Positions 26,464 through 39,034 of a stretch of 64,000 nt of DNA are shown here, one piece after another. The DNA comes from Camelus dromedarius (Eukaryota): assembly GCF_036321535.1 (NCBI RefSeq), contig NC_087436.1:89840001-89904000 (forward strand), read 5' to 3'. The translations under genes and the position numbers were made by a program. The notes beneath the pieces are model-generated. The model did no database searches. It worked only from the letters and a program-made list of their open reading frames with translations, and had not been told where the DNA came from. Positions within the stretch are counted from its first letter, which is position 1. Each line of letters opens with the position of its first letter.

Positions 26464-26550
26464 ATCTATGGCCATACTACCCTGAACACTCCCGATCTTG
26501 TCTGATCTCGGAAACTAAGCAGGATCGGGCCTGGTTAGTACTTGGGTGGG
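26464..26550 (+). pseudogene. 5S rRNA retropseudogene, 3'-truncated and tailless
   Basis: Matches about nt 1-87 of 5S rRNA (GTCTACGGCCATACCACCCTGAAC...GTTAGTACTTGGATGGG) with substitutions; TSD tgacat(g/c)aagcttgt at 26449-26463 and 26551-26565. Confidence 0.95.
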
Positions 26551-27429
26551 TGACATCAAGCTTGTGAACTAATCTAGTATAAATAATTCATTATAAAAAA
26601 CTAATTTAATTCTGAGTATATTACTGTGGTAAATAAAATTTTACCAAATGTGTAATCTTGAAGGTAAAAAAATAATAGAGCTCTCTCTTTAAATTATTTT
26701 ATATTCTGTTTAAGTTGCTCCAAAATTTTATTTTTGGACAGATGAAATGTGTGATTTCCTTTAAAAAATATTATACATGGTTTGTATTAGAATACTTGAT
26801 AGAGACCAGATTATAAACCCGGAGGATCCAAGTTCTTAAAGAATTGATTGTATTTTAATTTTAAACACACTAGAAGACAAAAGGGACTTTGCTTCGATCA
26901 GAAGAGGCTGTTTTGGCAAAGCAGTCTACAAGGGCGTAAATACACTAGTTTCTATATGGAAATCCCCTTTCCGTCTATAAAAGGCCAATGATTATCTCCA
27001 TGCCTCAGTTTCCAAAACATGAAGTTGAGGCAACTCTAGCTAATGATCTGCAATGCCTCTTCCATCTAAAATTTCTGCCATCTTTTTGTGTCTTGTTTCA
27101 AGGCAAATAGAGTAGAAAATAAGTTTCTTGGAACAGAAATCTAAAACCAATTTTTCCTTCATTGTAGAGAAACAGACAAGCATGGGCTGAATACAAGTTA
27201 GCAGAATAAGGCTGCTCACCCTCCGAAGTGTGGCCATCTGAGAAGGGTACAAAGGCTGTTTGGTCTTCCAACTCCGAGCAGTTAGGAATTCGTACAAAAC
27301 TAGGTACTTCTATTGCATGAAAATGCCAGTAAAGAACTTTTCTTAAAGCTGAGCATGGTTCATTAGGAAGTCATAGGTACAAGTGAGGTAGCGATAAATG
27401 TGCCAAGGTGTATTTGCCAGCATTCTACA

Positions 27430-28308
27430 CATCGCTGGACATTGTCTCTCTCTATAGGATGTAATTGGCCACATCTCTTCAGAACTCTCCCTGTTTGACT
27501 TCTCTGCTCTTTCTGATATTATAGATCTACCTCCTTTTGAAACTCACTCCTCTTTCCTGATCCTTGGTCTCTCCGCCTTCCGTCTTCATTCTTTGGTTTT
27601 TGTTTATTTTCTCCCTTCCCGAATGTAGGCGCTCTCCAAGATTCCGTCCTTTGAACTATTTTTGCTTTTCACTTTCATGATTTTCCCAGAAGAATTTCAT
27701 TCAGTTCCATAGCCTCAAATAGTAACCTATCTGTAGATTCTCTCTCCTCCTGCTGCTGTTTTCTGGTGTAAATTTGCTTGCTACTGCCCAGATGAACTCT
27801 CTTTATGACCATACACTACTTCCAGGATCAAGCCCAGAGCACTTAAGGTGGTAGTTTCTACAGCCCCTGGCCTCTGTTCACTCTTCCGGCCTCATCTCTG
27901 ACAATTTATCACTATCTTGCATGAAGTGGTGTAGATTACCTGACCTTGTTTCAGTTTTTATTCTTTAATGCATTTGACTTTCTCTAGCCTGTGGGCCTTT
28001 TTACAAGCTGTCGAGTCTACTGGGAACACATTTTCCTTTCTTCAGGTTCCGGCTTGAAAATCATACTTTATAGTAATCTTACATGACTATCATCCCTACA
28101 CACACACACATCTCTGTTGAAAAAATTACCCATTACTGTATTTGCCATAATATTAACGTACTCTTTTGGTGACTCTATCTTTCACCTATTGGAATCTAAG
28201 AGCTTTAAAGTCAAAGATTTATGCCTCCTTGTCTGTTGTTCTAGCCCCAAGTGTATGTGTACTGCTTCTAGAAGGTAGATAATCATAATATTTGTTGAAT
28301 AAGTGAAT
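27430..28308 (+). mobile_element. LINE-2 fragment(s)
   Basis: Pyrimidine-rich L2-like body ending aatatttgttgaataagtgaat. Confidence 0.6.
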
Positions 28309-29725
28309 AGACTCCTGATGAGCCGTGTCCTTTCGTGCACACATTTCTCAAACTTCTAGAAACTAAATTCATGAATTTGCCACCTGAAATTGCTTTTCTT
28401 CCTGTGGTTCTCTTTGCAGTGGTTAATGGTATCCACATTTGTCAAACTACAAGAGCTAAAAATCCATCTGAGAATGGTTTTTCAAGTTTTCTTTACTTGT
28501 TCCTAGTTTCCTGACTTTAATTCTGTATCCTCAATACACAGATATCAACATGATTGGTGTGTTTCTGTTTTTAAATAAATAATCAGCCTAAAGCATTTAG
28601 AAATCAGGACCCTTGCAATAAAATTGTGGATTTCTGTCTCCTCTTTTAAAAATGGCAGATTTGGTCATCCTAGGCTGAAATTCCTGATGACAGAAATTGA
28701 AACTGAAATTGAACTGATGACAGCAATTGAAACTAAGTAACAGCTTTCCCCACTAGAGAAGGTAGATCTTCCACATTTAATAAGCGATCTCATTCAGTTC
28801 ATGCCCCTCAGTCATGCTGCCTGCCTGGCCAGTAAAAAGTGTCCCAAAACACCTGAATATATAAACCCAGCCCTACCCTACTTTCTACATTGCCAGGTTA
28901 TTTTTAAATTAGATTTAATTATGTAATTCTTTTGCCCAACACTCTTCAGTGGCTTTCTTTTTTCCCACTTTCCGTAATATCCAGTCCATATAACAAAAAA
29001 CTCAGAAACAAGAATATGGGGACCCAAACTAGTGCTTCTCTTGGGCAGGTCAAGTAGAAGAATGAGTTGACATCATGAAGACTGAAGAACTGGAGCACAT
29101 ACATTTCTTGTTTAAAGGGAGTTCCGCTTCTTCTGATTCTTGCCATATGTGTCTGAGATCAGAGTTGCTAGATACTCCAATTATTTTTTGAAAGTTGTTG
29201 GAAATATCAGTTTTTACGGAAAGTTTTTTTTTTTTAATTTAAATGCCAATCACTTCTAATTCTAATCAAAACAAAATCTTGTGCAACTCAAACAAAACAT
29301 AACAAAGAACTATTAGTTTGCAGCCCCTGGCCCTAAACCAAGATTTCTCATGAAGGGTATGAAGGAATCAGTTGGAGAATTTGTCAAATGCACATTTAAC
29401 AAATATTCAGTAATTCACAAGTTTTGCCCAGAAATCTGCATTTCATCAAATGGTCTTCATTCTGATGCAGGTGGCCCAAACACTGGACTGAATCATCTAA
29501 GTTTCTGGTTAAAAACAATGGTATCTTCCTCTATTCTCCAACAGTACTTTATTAGTGATCTTTTAGTTAAAAATGAAAAAGAAATGTGTATAGTAAGATC
29601 ACTCTGTCACCAGGTGAGTCTGGCTAGGATTTTCCTCAATATCTTTGAAGAGGGACTTTTGTGCACCACTGTTGTAAGCTGGCTCTCAATTTTATAGGGT
29701 CAGAGACTTACTTTTGTTTACTAAG

Positions 29726-30120
29726 TGTATTAGTCTGAATTAACTGAATTATGCTGCAGTAACAAGTCTCAGCTTGAAACATGTTTTATTCTCTCTTATT
29801 GCTTATGACCCGACACTGTTCACTGAGGTTGGTTGGGTGTGCAGGGTTTGGGCTCTCCGACACATCATCCTCCCTGAGGGTCTCAAGGTGATGGACTTTC
29901 ACCATCTAAAATATTGCTGGTCACAGTGTCAGGGAAAAGACCTGGGATCAGGAACATACTGTCACTTAGAGCTTCGGCCAAGACAATGTCACTTCTCAGA
30001 TTCTTCGCTCAAAGGGAGGCACATTGACATGCTTAACTTCCAGGGAGCAGAGCAGTACGACTCTACTATGTACTCAGAAGTAGAACTGAAGACATTTGGC
30101 AGCTTAAAGATTACCATTCA
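29726..30120 (-). mobile_element. Old MaLR LTR (MLT1K/L-like)
   Basis: Begins tgtattagtc...ttatgctgcagtaacaa, the reverse complement of an MLT1 3' end. Confidence 0.65.
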
Positions 30121-30673
30121 TAGCAAGAAGTACCCATTTCTCAGGGTGTAACTCATCTTCGATAGTGACAGTTAATGTGCACTGCTTGGTGATACAAGTC
30201 ATATCTTGTTTCAAGATATAATTCAGAAACTATGTTTTGTGGCCAACACGCTTAGTGTGTTTATGACTTGATTATTATGCTTTTTTGACAACTTGATTTG
30301 CTATGCCTTCAAAGCCTTCTTCCCCGATGCCTAAGCATAAAGAGCTTTGCTGTTTGGGCTGTGAAACCAGAGCCTGAATTTCAGGTATTTAAGAGGAGAT
30401 GGTCTTTGAAATGTTAGCCTGAAATCTCAAACCTCCATGACAGTAATTGCCAGGGAAAGTGGAATTAAATGAATGAGGAGCAGAGGCCACATCTTTCTAG
30501 TTTGCTACTATGTCCTCAGTGCCTGGCAGAATACCTAGAATTCACTATTTGTCAGTTGACTCTGTACGTGAATCCAATGCTCAGACATAAAAATACAGAG
30601 ACGCATTTATACTTTGGATAGCTCCTTATTTGGGGTTCTCATATACAGTTTAGGCATTTAACAGTAAGTTTTA

Positions 30674-30791
30674 GTGCTCACTGCAGCACATATACTAAAA
30701 TTTGAATGATACAGAGAAGATTAGCATGGCCCTTGTGCAAGGATGACACATGAAGTGTCATGAACATTCATGAAGTGTTCTATATTTTTTT
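30674..30791 (+). pseudogene. U6 snRNA retropseudogene, full length, fused to an L1 3' end
   Basis: gtgctc...gcagcacatatactaaaatttgaatgatacagagaagattagcatggccc...gtgttctatattttttt matches U6 including the ACAGAGA box; CpG-decay-type substitutions and a ~12-nt internal insertion. Confidence 0.96.
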
Positions 30792-30979
30792 AAGTAGATA
30801 AACAGCAAGGTCTTACTGTATAGCACAGGGAACTATATTCAGTATCTTGTAATAGCCTATAATGAAAAAGAATATGAAAAGGAATATATATGTATGTATA
30901 ACTGAATCACTATGCAGAAATCACTACACCAGAAATGAACACAACATTGTAAACCAACTATACTTCAATACAAAAAAAA
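30792..30979 (+). mobile_element. LINE-1 3' UTR fragment joined to U6
   Basis: ctgtatagcacagggaactatattcagtatcttgtaatagcctataatgaaaaag...tacttcaata plus A-tail; homologous to the L1 3' ends at 23787 and 33481. Confidence 0.92.
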
Positions 30980-32659
30980 GTTAAAAATCTATTACTTTAA
31001 AAACTCTTTCATGATTTTTAAGATGACTTCCATGACTTTTCTCCGATGTACATTTTTTACATATATTGTTTATATTTTCCTCTAGGCATTATAAAGTTCA
31101 ATTTGTACATATAACCTTGTTATCCATCTGAAATTTATTAATGAGATACAGATATAAATTTATCACAGAATTGTTTATTGTGTATTATTTCTTTTCTGCA
31201 GTGATTAGTGATCTTATTATATATTAAACATCTTTAATAGCCCTGTTTAAAAAAAAAGTGAGTTTTATCTTTAAATGTTGGTGATTTGGACCTCCAGCAT
31301 TTCTTAACAGTGAGGCACTCTTCTCAGAAACAATGTTGATTGATAAGTGGATTCAGTTGCTGTGCTGAACCTTAAATTCAGCAGCACATATTATTAGAAC
31401 CATTAGGATGAGCTTGGATTTACTATAGTGAAATGGACTTATTCAGTGGCCTTCGCTGTTGCTGAATTGGGGTGACCACATGAGCGACGCTTGTGAACCA
31501 GAGGCCCCATGGGTCCTGTTGTCTGTAGGGCATTCAGGACTGCATTCTAACACCGAAATGAAAGCACTGTAAGAGCCACTAGTTGCACGTGATAGAAACA
31601 AAAACAAGACGGCAAAAATGTATTTCAAAAGCCCGAGAAGCGTTAAGTCTATATGTTTTTCTATGTTGAGATTATGCAAAACCATTATTAGTTTCATACA
31701 GACTATTGGAATTTTTCAGTTGTCTTGCAGAGGTTATCTAATAACATTATAAAATGATGTGAGTCATAATAAATCCATAATAATAGTACCTACCATGTTT
31801 TGAGTGCCAGGTAATATGCTAAGCACCTCACCTAGGATTTAATATTCACTATTAGTCCCACAAGGGAGACAGGTAGTTTGATGAGCCCCACTTTTTCTTC
31901 TCATTAAGAAAATGAGAGCTGGAGACCAAGTATTTTCCCTTTGTCACATAATTATTCTGTGATAGAATGAGCATTCCAACCCATGCATGTTTCTTTAGAG
32001 CCTTTATCTGATAAATCAGGAATTAAGAACCCCCAAATCCAACAGAGGTGGTCAATAGCAATGAGAAAACCTCTGCTCTGGGAGCCTCTGGATAAGTCCC
32101 TCTGGAAAATGAAGACTGGTTTGCAATCCCACTTATTTATTTGTTTGGGGGGGGGGTCTCTTTATCACATTTCTTGGTCAGCCTTGACTTGGATGTATGT
32201 CCTGGGTTTGGATCTGGGTTCAGATATGAAGCAACAGAAAGGACATTGATTAGTAGAAAATCTGTTAGGGCATTGGTGAAGTAAGGCCAGAATCTTTGAC
32301 TGTCATTCTGCTGATTTTACCCCTTACTTGATCTGAATCAAAGCTTTTGCTGTTATTATGTCCAAGAATAGCTAATAAGGACACAAGAAGATCATGTGTT
32401 TTATGTAAATAATTCCAACATTGCTTGATATGCGATCAATGAGTACTTAGATTATTTGCGGAATTAATAATGCAGTGATGAGATTAGTCATACACATTTC
32501 AGCCCTGACTGACTTGTTGTGAGTCACATTTAAAGAATATGGTGCATGAAAGAGGGATATGTCTATGAAAACCAAAGAAATGAAGGAATATTAAATGCAA
32601 ACATTCTTTCCTCTAGATGCATTTCCTTTGTCCCCATGTGACCCATGCTAACCTTACGA

Positions 32660-32915
32660 GGTAGTATGGTATACCCAGGAACCATACCAGGCTTTGGAGC
32701 CTGATAAACCTAGGTTTGCATTCTGGTGTTCGCACGTTCCAATTGTATGTTTTGTTTTTTTTTTAACACATTAGTTATCTTCTTTGAGCCTCAGTTTTTT
32801 CATAGGTAAAATAGATATAAAACAATGAAAATTCCTTAGAATGTTAAAAAAGATTACATGAAATGTTGTGTGTAATAGTCCCATAAAAGTACCTGGCATG
32901 TGGTAGGTGTTTGGT
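32660..32915 (+). mobile_element. MIR SINE
   Basis: ggctttggagcctgataaacctaggtt...gagcctcagttttttcataggtaaaata...cctggcatgtggtagg. Confidence 0.75.
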
Positions 32916-33480
32916 AGTCAACTTCCCAATGGCCCTTTGATTCTTGCTAATATGTCATAACATGGAAATTTGTTCACAATTTAAGAAACAATGAGTTCAA
33001 ATGAGAGGTTCTTTAAAAACAGCAGATAGGTGGTTGTTTTTGTAAGGGAATTGATAAAATCGGATGATCTTTAACTCCTTACCCTGGGGCTAGCATGATT
33101 CAACTCCTTTTGGGGCTGCCTTTCCAGTGGAAGCTTGTAGCAGAATCAAACTTTTAGTTTGTCAGAATCTGTGAACTGCATGATTTTTCTTATCACCATT
33201 AGAATTTAATGAAAGGAAATTTCTGGCTTTCAAGATTATGTCTCTGGAAGTGTACAGAACGAAACAGGGGAATAAGGTGCTTCTGAGAAAGGATGAGTAG
33301 GCAAGTAAACGGTAGTCTATTTTCTTTTGGCTTTTCTTTAGAAATTCAAACTCCCATAAATATGTCGTATCTCCTGTGTATAAATATAATTAAACATTAA
33401 TGGTATAACAACTTAAGGGATTTTATTAGGCTTCTGATCATAATTACTTATGATTTCTTCAAACCTTAAAAAAGATAAAT

Positions 33481-33728
33481 TGGGAGTTTGAGATGTGCAA
33501 ATACTAACTACTATATATAAAATAGATAAAAAACAAATTTATTCTGTATAGCACAGGGAACTATATTCAATATCTTGTAGTAACCTATGATGAAAAAGAA
33601 TATGAAAACAATTATATTTATATTTAACAATTATATGTATGTTTAATAATAATGAAACATTATGCTGTACACCAGAAATTGACTCATGGTAACTGACTGT
33701 ACTTCAGTTTAAAAAAAAAAAAAAGTTA
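33481..33728 (+). mobile_element. LINE-1 3' end with poly(A) and TSD
   Basis: L1 3' UTR with A tail; TSD aaaaaagataaat at 33468-33480 and 33729-33741 at a TT/AAAA site. Confidence 0.92.
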
Positions 33729-33792
33729 AAAAAAGATAAATGTTTTAAATGATTGAAAGTGTTAGGCAGTAGACAATTATTAGGGCTGTTAC

Positions 33793-34364
33793 TGTGGTAG
33801 GTAGAATTCTAAGATATCCCTCAAGATTCCTGCTGCGTGCTTTTTTAAGTCCTGTGTAATCCCTGGGACTGTGAATGCATCAGTCCCGTGGTTAGGTTTT
33901 GCTTTGCGGCACTTTGCCTTTAAGTTACTCAGGAGGGCCTGACATAATCAGATGAACCCTTTAAATCTGGTTCTAAGGATCTGAGATGGAGTAGTCAGCG
34001 AGATTTGAAACATGAAAGGCACTTGATGTGAAGGAGATTCTCCGTTGCTGGAGAGGACCATGTAGCAGGGAGTGTTGACAGCCTCTAGGAGATGAGCTGT
34101 GGCAGCCAGCAAGGAAATCGGGACCCTATACAGTGTGCTATATTATACAGTGTGAGAAGCTGAATTTGGTCAACGATTTGAATGAGCTTGGAAGCTCAGC
34201 CTTACCCAGAGTCTCCAGAAGGGAACCCAGCCCAGCAGACACCTTGATTTCAGCCTCAGACCCTGAGCAGAGGACCCAGTTGTGCCAAGCTGTGCTTCCT
34301 AAAGGGATGTTGTTTCAAGTGCTTAAGTTTGTAATAATTTGTTGCACATTATAAAACTAATACA
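33793..34364 (+). mobile_element. MaLR LTR (MLT1D/E-like)
   Basis: Starts tgtggtaggtagaattctaagat and ends aaactaataca; internal ccagcagacaccttgatttcagcc typical of MLT1. Confidence 0.85.
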
Positions 34365-34454
34365 ATTGCTGCTACTAACTAAACATATCTTTTTTTTAGT
34401 GTTTTGTCTATGCCAAGCGCACTGTACTCTACAGGCATAATTTCATTTAATACT

Positions 34455-35248
34455 TTTTTTTTTTTTTTACTGAAGTATATAGTCTGTTTACAATGTTGTG
34501 TCAGGTTCTGGTATGTAGCATAAAGTTTCAGTCACACATATACATATATATATTCATTTTCATATTCTTTTTCATTGTAGGTTACTACAAAATATTGACT
34601 ATAGTTCCCTGTGCTGTACAGTATAAACTTACTGTTTATCTATTTTATATATAGCAGTTAATATCTGGAAATCTTGAACTCTCCATTTCATCCTTCCCAC
34701 CCCTTTCCCCACTGGTAACCATAAGTTTGTCTTCTATGGCTGTCAGTCTGTTTCAGTTTTGTAAATAAGTTCATTTATGTCTTTGTTTAGATTAACATAT
34801 AAGTGATAGCATATGGTATTTTTCTTTCTCTTTCTGGCTTACTTCACTTAGAATGGCGATCTCCAGTTCCATCCAGGTTGCAGCAAATGGCGTTATTTAA
34901 TTTTTCTTATGGCTGAGTAGTATTCCATTATACTTCTTTTTCCAGTCATCTGTTGATGGACATTTTCATTGTTTCCATGTCTTGGTTATTGTAAATAGTG
35001 CTGCTATGAACATTGGTGTGCATGTATCCTTTCGAATTAAAGTTCCCTCCAGATATATGCCCAGGAGTGGGATCGCTGGATCACATGGCAAGTCTATTTT
35101 TAGTTTTTAATGAATCTCCATGCTGTTTTCCATAGTGGTGGCACCGAACTACATTCCCACCAACAGTGTAGGAGGGCTTCCTCTTCTCCACACCTTCTCC
35201 AGCATTTATTGTTTGTGGACTTTTTGATGGTAGCCATTCTGTCTGGTG
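34455..35248 (-). mobile_element. LINE-1 3' fragment inserted into a MIR
   Basis: Poly(T) then reverse L1 3' UTR/ORF2 end; TSD tcatttaat(a/t)ct at 34443-34454 and 35249-35260; MIR halves on both sides. Confidence 0.92.
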
Positions 35249-38200
35249 TCATTTAATTCTTACAAGCACACTGTCAGATCGGCATTATGAGCCCCATCTG
35301 TGAGAATATTGCAGCACATACAATTTAAGTGATGTGCACAGGATCACAAAATTACTACTGTGCAACTCAGATTTGAACTTAGATTTCTCTGATTCCAAGT
35401 TTTGGCATCTAACTTGCTCTTAATTGTGCAGCAATAAACATTTTATAGAGGTGATTAACAGGCCATCTACAGGATGAGATATAACATGAATGTGACACTT
35501 GGTCAAAAAAAGTCTTATTTATGAACCCTTAGCAAGAGATAAAGAAATTTGGTTTCAGTTTTTATGTGACATGATTACCAGCTGTGGGTGTTATACTTTC
35601 AAACCATTATGTGAGAATGTACTTTCCCCTTAAAATTGTTATGGAAAAGTTGAATTATATCCAACAATGCACTTTAGATGTCAGTTATGGCTCAAAGTTG
35701 CCATTAATATAAATAAAATTATATATTCTAAAATGACTGACTTTTAAAGTGCATTATTGATACATTCATAACATTTTATTTTATTTTTTTATCACCCTTG
35801 CCTATATTGAATAAATGTCTTTAAAAACCATTTTTAGTGTTGTTAATGTTCTTGCATCTTTATTAAATGTCTTATGAAATTGTCTCAGAATATTAACTTT
35901 ATTGCTGAAAGGCTTGACTATTACACATTAGACTAAATTCTATAAAATACAGTTAATTTTTTTCTTTAAGCCTTCCTTTGCTAAATTGTTCCTTAAATTA
36001 GTTATAAGTCCTTATATAGTCTCAAATAGGCCATTATCTTGTCATATTTCTTAGTTGGTATTAGTGTTTTTGCCTGTTTTCTCTCTGATGACCTCTCTCT
36101 TCTTTAATGCATGGAGATATTTTTTGCCTCCGTTTTCATTCTTGACGGTGTTCTCATTTGTCCTCAGGGATTCAGCTGCCATTGTGTGTGTGTGTATTTC
36201 TAAAGTCTTCTGAGCTTGGAGACCTCATACCAACTCTGCCTCCGCGGGTGGAAATGTCTTTTAGCTCTGTCCAATAATGCTTCCTGGTTAGCCGTCACCA
36301 CTAATGTTTAAAACTCCCCCTTCACTCCCTCCTCTGTCTTGTTGAAATACTTTATCCTTTCACTCCCTGCATTCATTATCCATCCCCTTTCATCTGTCTT
36401 ACCTATTGCAGCTTTACTCATTTTTCAAAAACATCTGTTTTTGGTATGTCTTGCAGGTAGTGGAAAAACAGCATGTTAGACTGGTGAGAGAAGAAGTAAG
36501 ATCAAAGCTGTCTCAAAGGTTTTTGACTTAGGCAGATGGGCACAAACTGCTCAGTTTTACTTCCATAGGGAAGATCTGAATTACTGTTACTTTTGTACAT
36601 GCCTCTTCCTGAGGAGATTATGAATTTCTTAAATATAGGAACTAAATCATTTTGATTGCTTAATCCACACAGCACTTAGCACAACATCTTGCACAGATTA
36701 TCACTCAATAAATGTTTAATAGTTGGAAAAAATCAGTTTAACTTTATCATCTGTTGTCCTTTTGCAAAGCATTGCTTTACTGCCTGTAAGTCTGCTAAGA
36801 CTTGAATTTCTCTTGGCTTAAACATGACCAGCAACCATGTGGCAGATGCTTACAACCAATCATTAAAAGTTTAGAGACCATCCTGAATCTTTTACTTGGC
36901 AGCTTTTAATGGTTTTGTTATAATGATTTCATCTACTTATTTTTGAATCTAGTTCTGTTTCCAAATAGTGCTTTTCTCATTGGGTAGAGTATAAGTTTAC
37001 CTGTATCATGCAGAGCAGTTTTTTTTTTTTTTTTAAATTAAGTTTCTTGAAGCTTGAAAGCTTTAAGGAATGTTGTCTTTATCATTTTTGGATTTCCTGA
37101 ACAAATCAGATTCCCAAGGAACCTGAAGGCATCTTATCTAGTTTTGTTGCTCCCAGAACCAGCAGGGTGGGAGAGGGGAATCTTCTAGTCACCTGTCAAC
37201 TTTCTTCTTTCTGCCCCTTCCTTTCAGGGATGTGAGTGGAGCTCCCATTGCTCCCCAAGATCTTTCATGCTGTCATTTATCATTGTATTGTAAACAAAAA
37301 TAGAAATCACTGAGGAGTCTGTCCATGTTGAAAGCAATTATTTTTGGAAAAAAAAAAGTTCTGAACAATTAGAGCTCACCAAAAGTTTTTAAAATATTTC
37401 TTGATGTATTTATATATATGTACACGTCAATAAAAATAATTTAAAAAGTATATTAAAAACACAACTTCAGTATGACTCAAAGTTTTAAGAAATTATATAT
37501 ATATTAGAAACAGGCAATTGTAGATGTGTTGTTTCAGTAACGCATTACTGTGTAAAGAAAGATATGACACTTGTCAATTATCTGATCTTTGACGGGGCTG
37601 TCAGGGCCTTTTCTAGGGTCCCACAGAGTGAATGTCAGGGATATCATGACACTACAATTGAAGATGGGCCCTAAATTGTCAGAGAATGTTAAGGCCCAAA
37701 AAGATTTAGTTGAACAATATCTCCTTAAATTTGGAGTGAGTGATTTGCATTCAATTTTACAATGTAAGTGGAGAGAATGTGTTGGAGAATGTCAGGTCCC
37801 ATAAGGATTTGTTTCAGAATATCTTGTTAAATTTGCAGTGAGTGACTTTTGGTGGACTTTACAACATAAATAGATAATTTTTGGTAAACTTCTCCAGACC
37901 AGTGTCTGTAGATTGATAGACTTTGGGTCAGGAGGAAAGTATTTTAGTTCATGCTTCTATTACGTGTTATCTTTATGACCCCATGTACACTATAATATTT
38001 AAGTTCTCCAGGTTTTCATTTCATTTCAAAATGAAGATGCTATTGCAGATGATAACATTTGTAAATAACAGACATGTGTTTTGATGGTTGAATGAATGGA
38101 TGAAAAGGAGGAATGGAAGGAATGGAAGGAATGGAAGAAAAGGTGTGTTTGACAGTTATCCATTAGCTGTGAAAACAATTCATCAGTCCTTACGTGGAGA

Positions 38201-38987
38201 ACATTAATGTGGCTGAGATGAATGGACCTGTTACAGATGGGTAGATAGGGATTCAGATGGGCAAAGTCTAACAAGTAACCAAGCTAGTACATAAGGTCCT
38301 CATAACTGGTGTGACGTGGAGATTGAAGGATTCTGTTAGAAGTGTGCGAGGGGAGTTCTATCTGAGAATGGATCTACGTCAGTTGCCCTGGAGACAGTGG
38401 CTGTGCATGGACCTGAGGGCAGGAGGGTGCTGGGGGAACCACTGCTGTACTAGAAATAACCCAGCAAACATGTGAGCTTGGAATCCCTAACTAGTCAATG
38501 TGTGTAGCTGAAAAGTGATTAGAATATTCTTAAAGAAATGCCAATTCTGTTTTCTCAGCATCCTCATTAACGTCTTAGATGTATTTGTTTAGCAGTGTCC
38601 TACTGCGACAAAGAAGACCATAAGAAAATAATTTTTTTAGTATTGCCTACCACAATCCAGTTAAAGCATGACATGCCGAGCACATTTTGCTTGAATGCTG
38701 CAAAACCAAACACACGCAGAAAATGAAAGCCCTGTACTTTCAATGTCAGAAAAAAATCCCTCCTGATACAGCATAGCATATTAATTAGCAGTATCCTGTA
38801 AGGAGCTGAGTGTAGAGTTTGAGGGCGGAGCTTAGAAATCAGAATTTATGAAATCTTTTCATGTAAGAATCATCATTGCATCATGGCACATCTTGAATGA
38901 AGCTCAGCAACAATCACAGAGAAGGAAGAAATGCATCAATAGCACGATTTACTCAGAGATGGCATTGTTTCCCTAAATGATGCAAAG

Positions 38988-39034
38988 AGCAGCAGCAGCA
39001 GCAGCAGCATCATCACCATCATCATCATCATCAT
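38988..39034 (+). repeat. Compound (GCA)n(TCA)n trinucleotide repeat
   Basis: Directly visible; lies at the tail of a reverse MIR. Confidence 0.9.

Noticed and set aside
26464..26550. Functional 5S rRNA gene
   Set aside because: 3'-truncated, mutated, TSD-flanked and not in a tandem array.
28684..28734. 21-nt direct repeat with 30-nt period (CRISPR-like spacing)
   Set aside because: Only two copies in mammalian DNA; a simple local duplication.
29601..29619. CAG|GTGAGT as a recursive splice site
   Set aside because: The polypyrimidine tract is too short; isolated consensus donors are expected by chance in 42 kb.
30674..30791. Functional U6 gene
   Set aside because: No evident upstream PSE/TATA arrangement, multiple substitutions, an insertion and L1 fusion.
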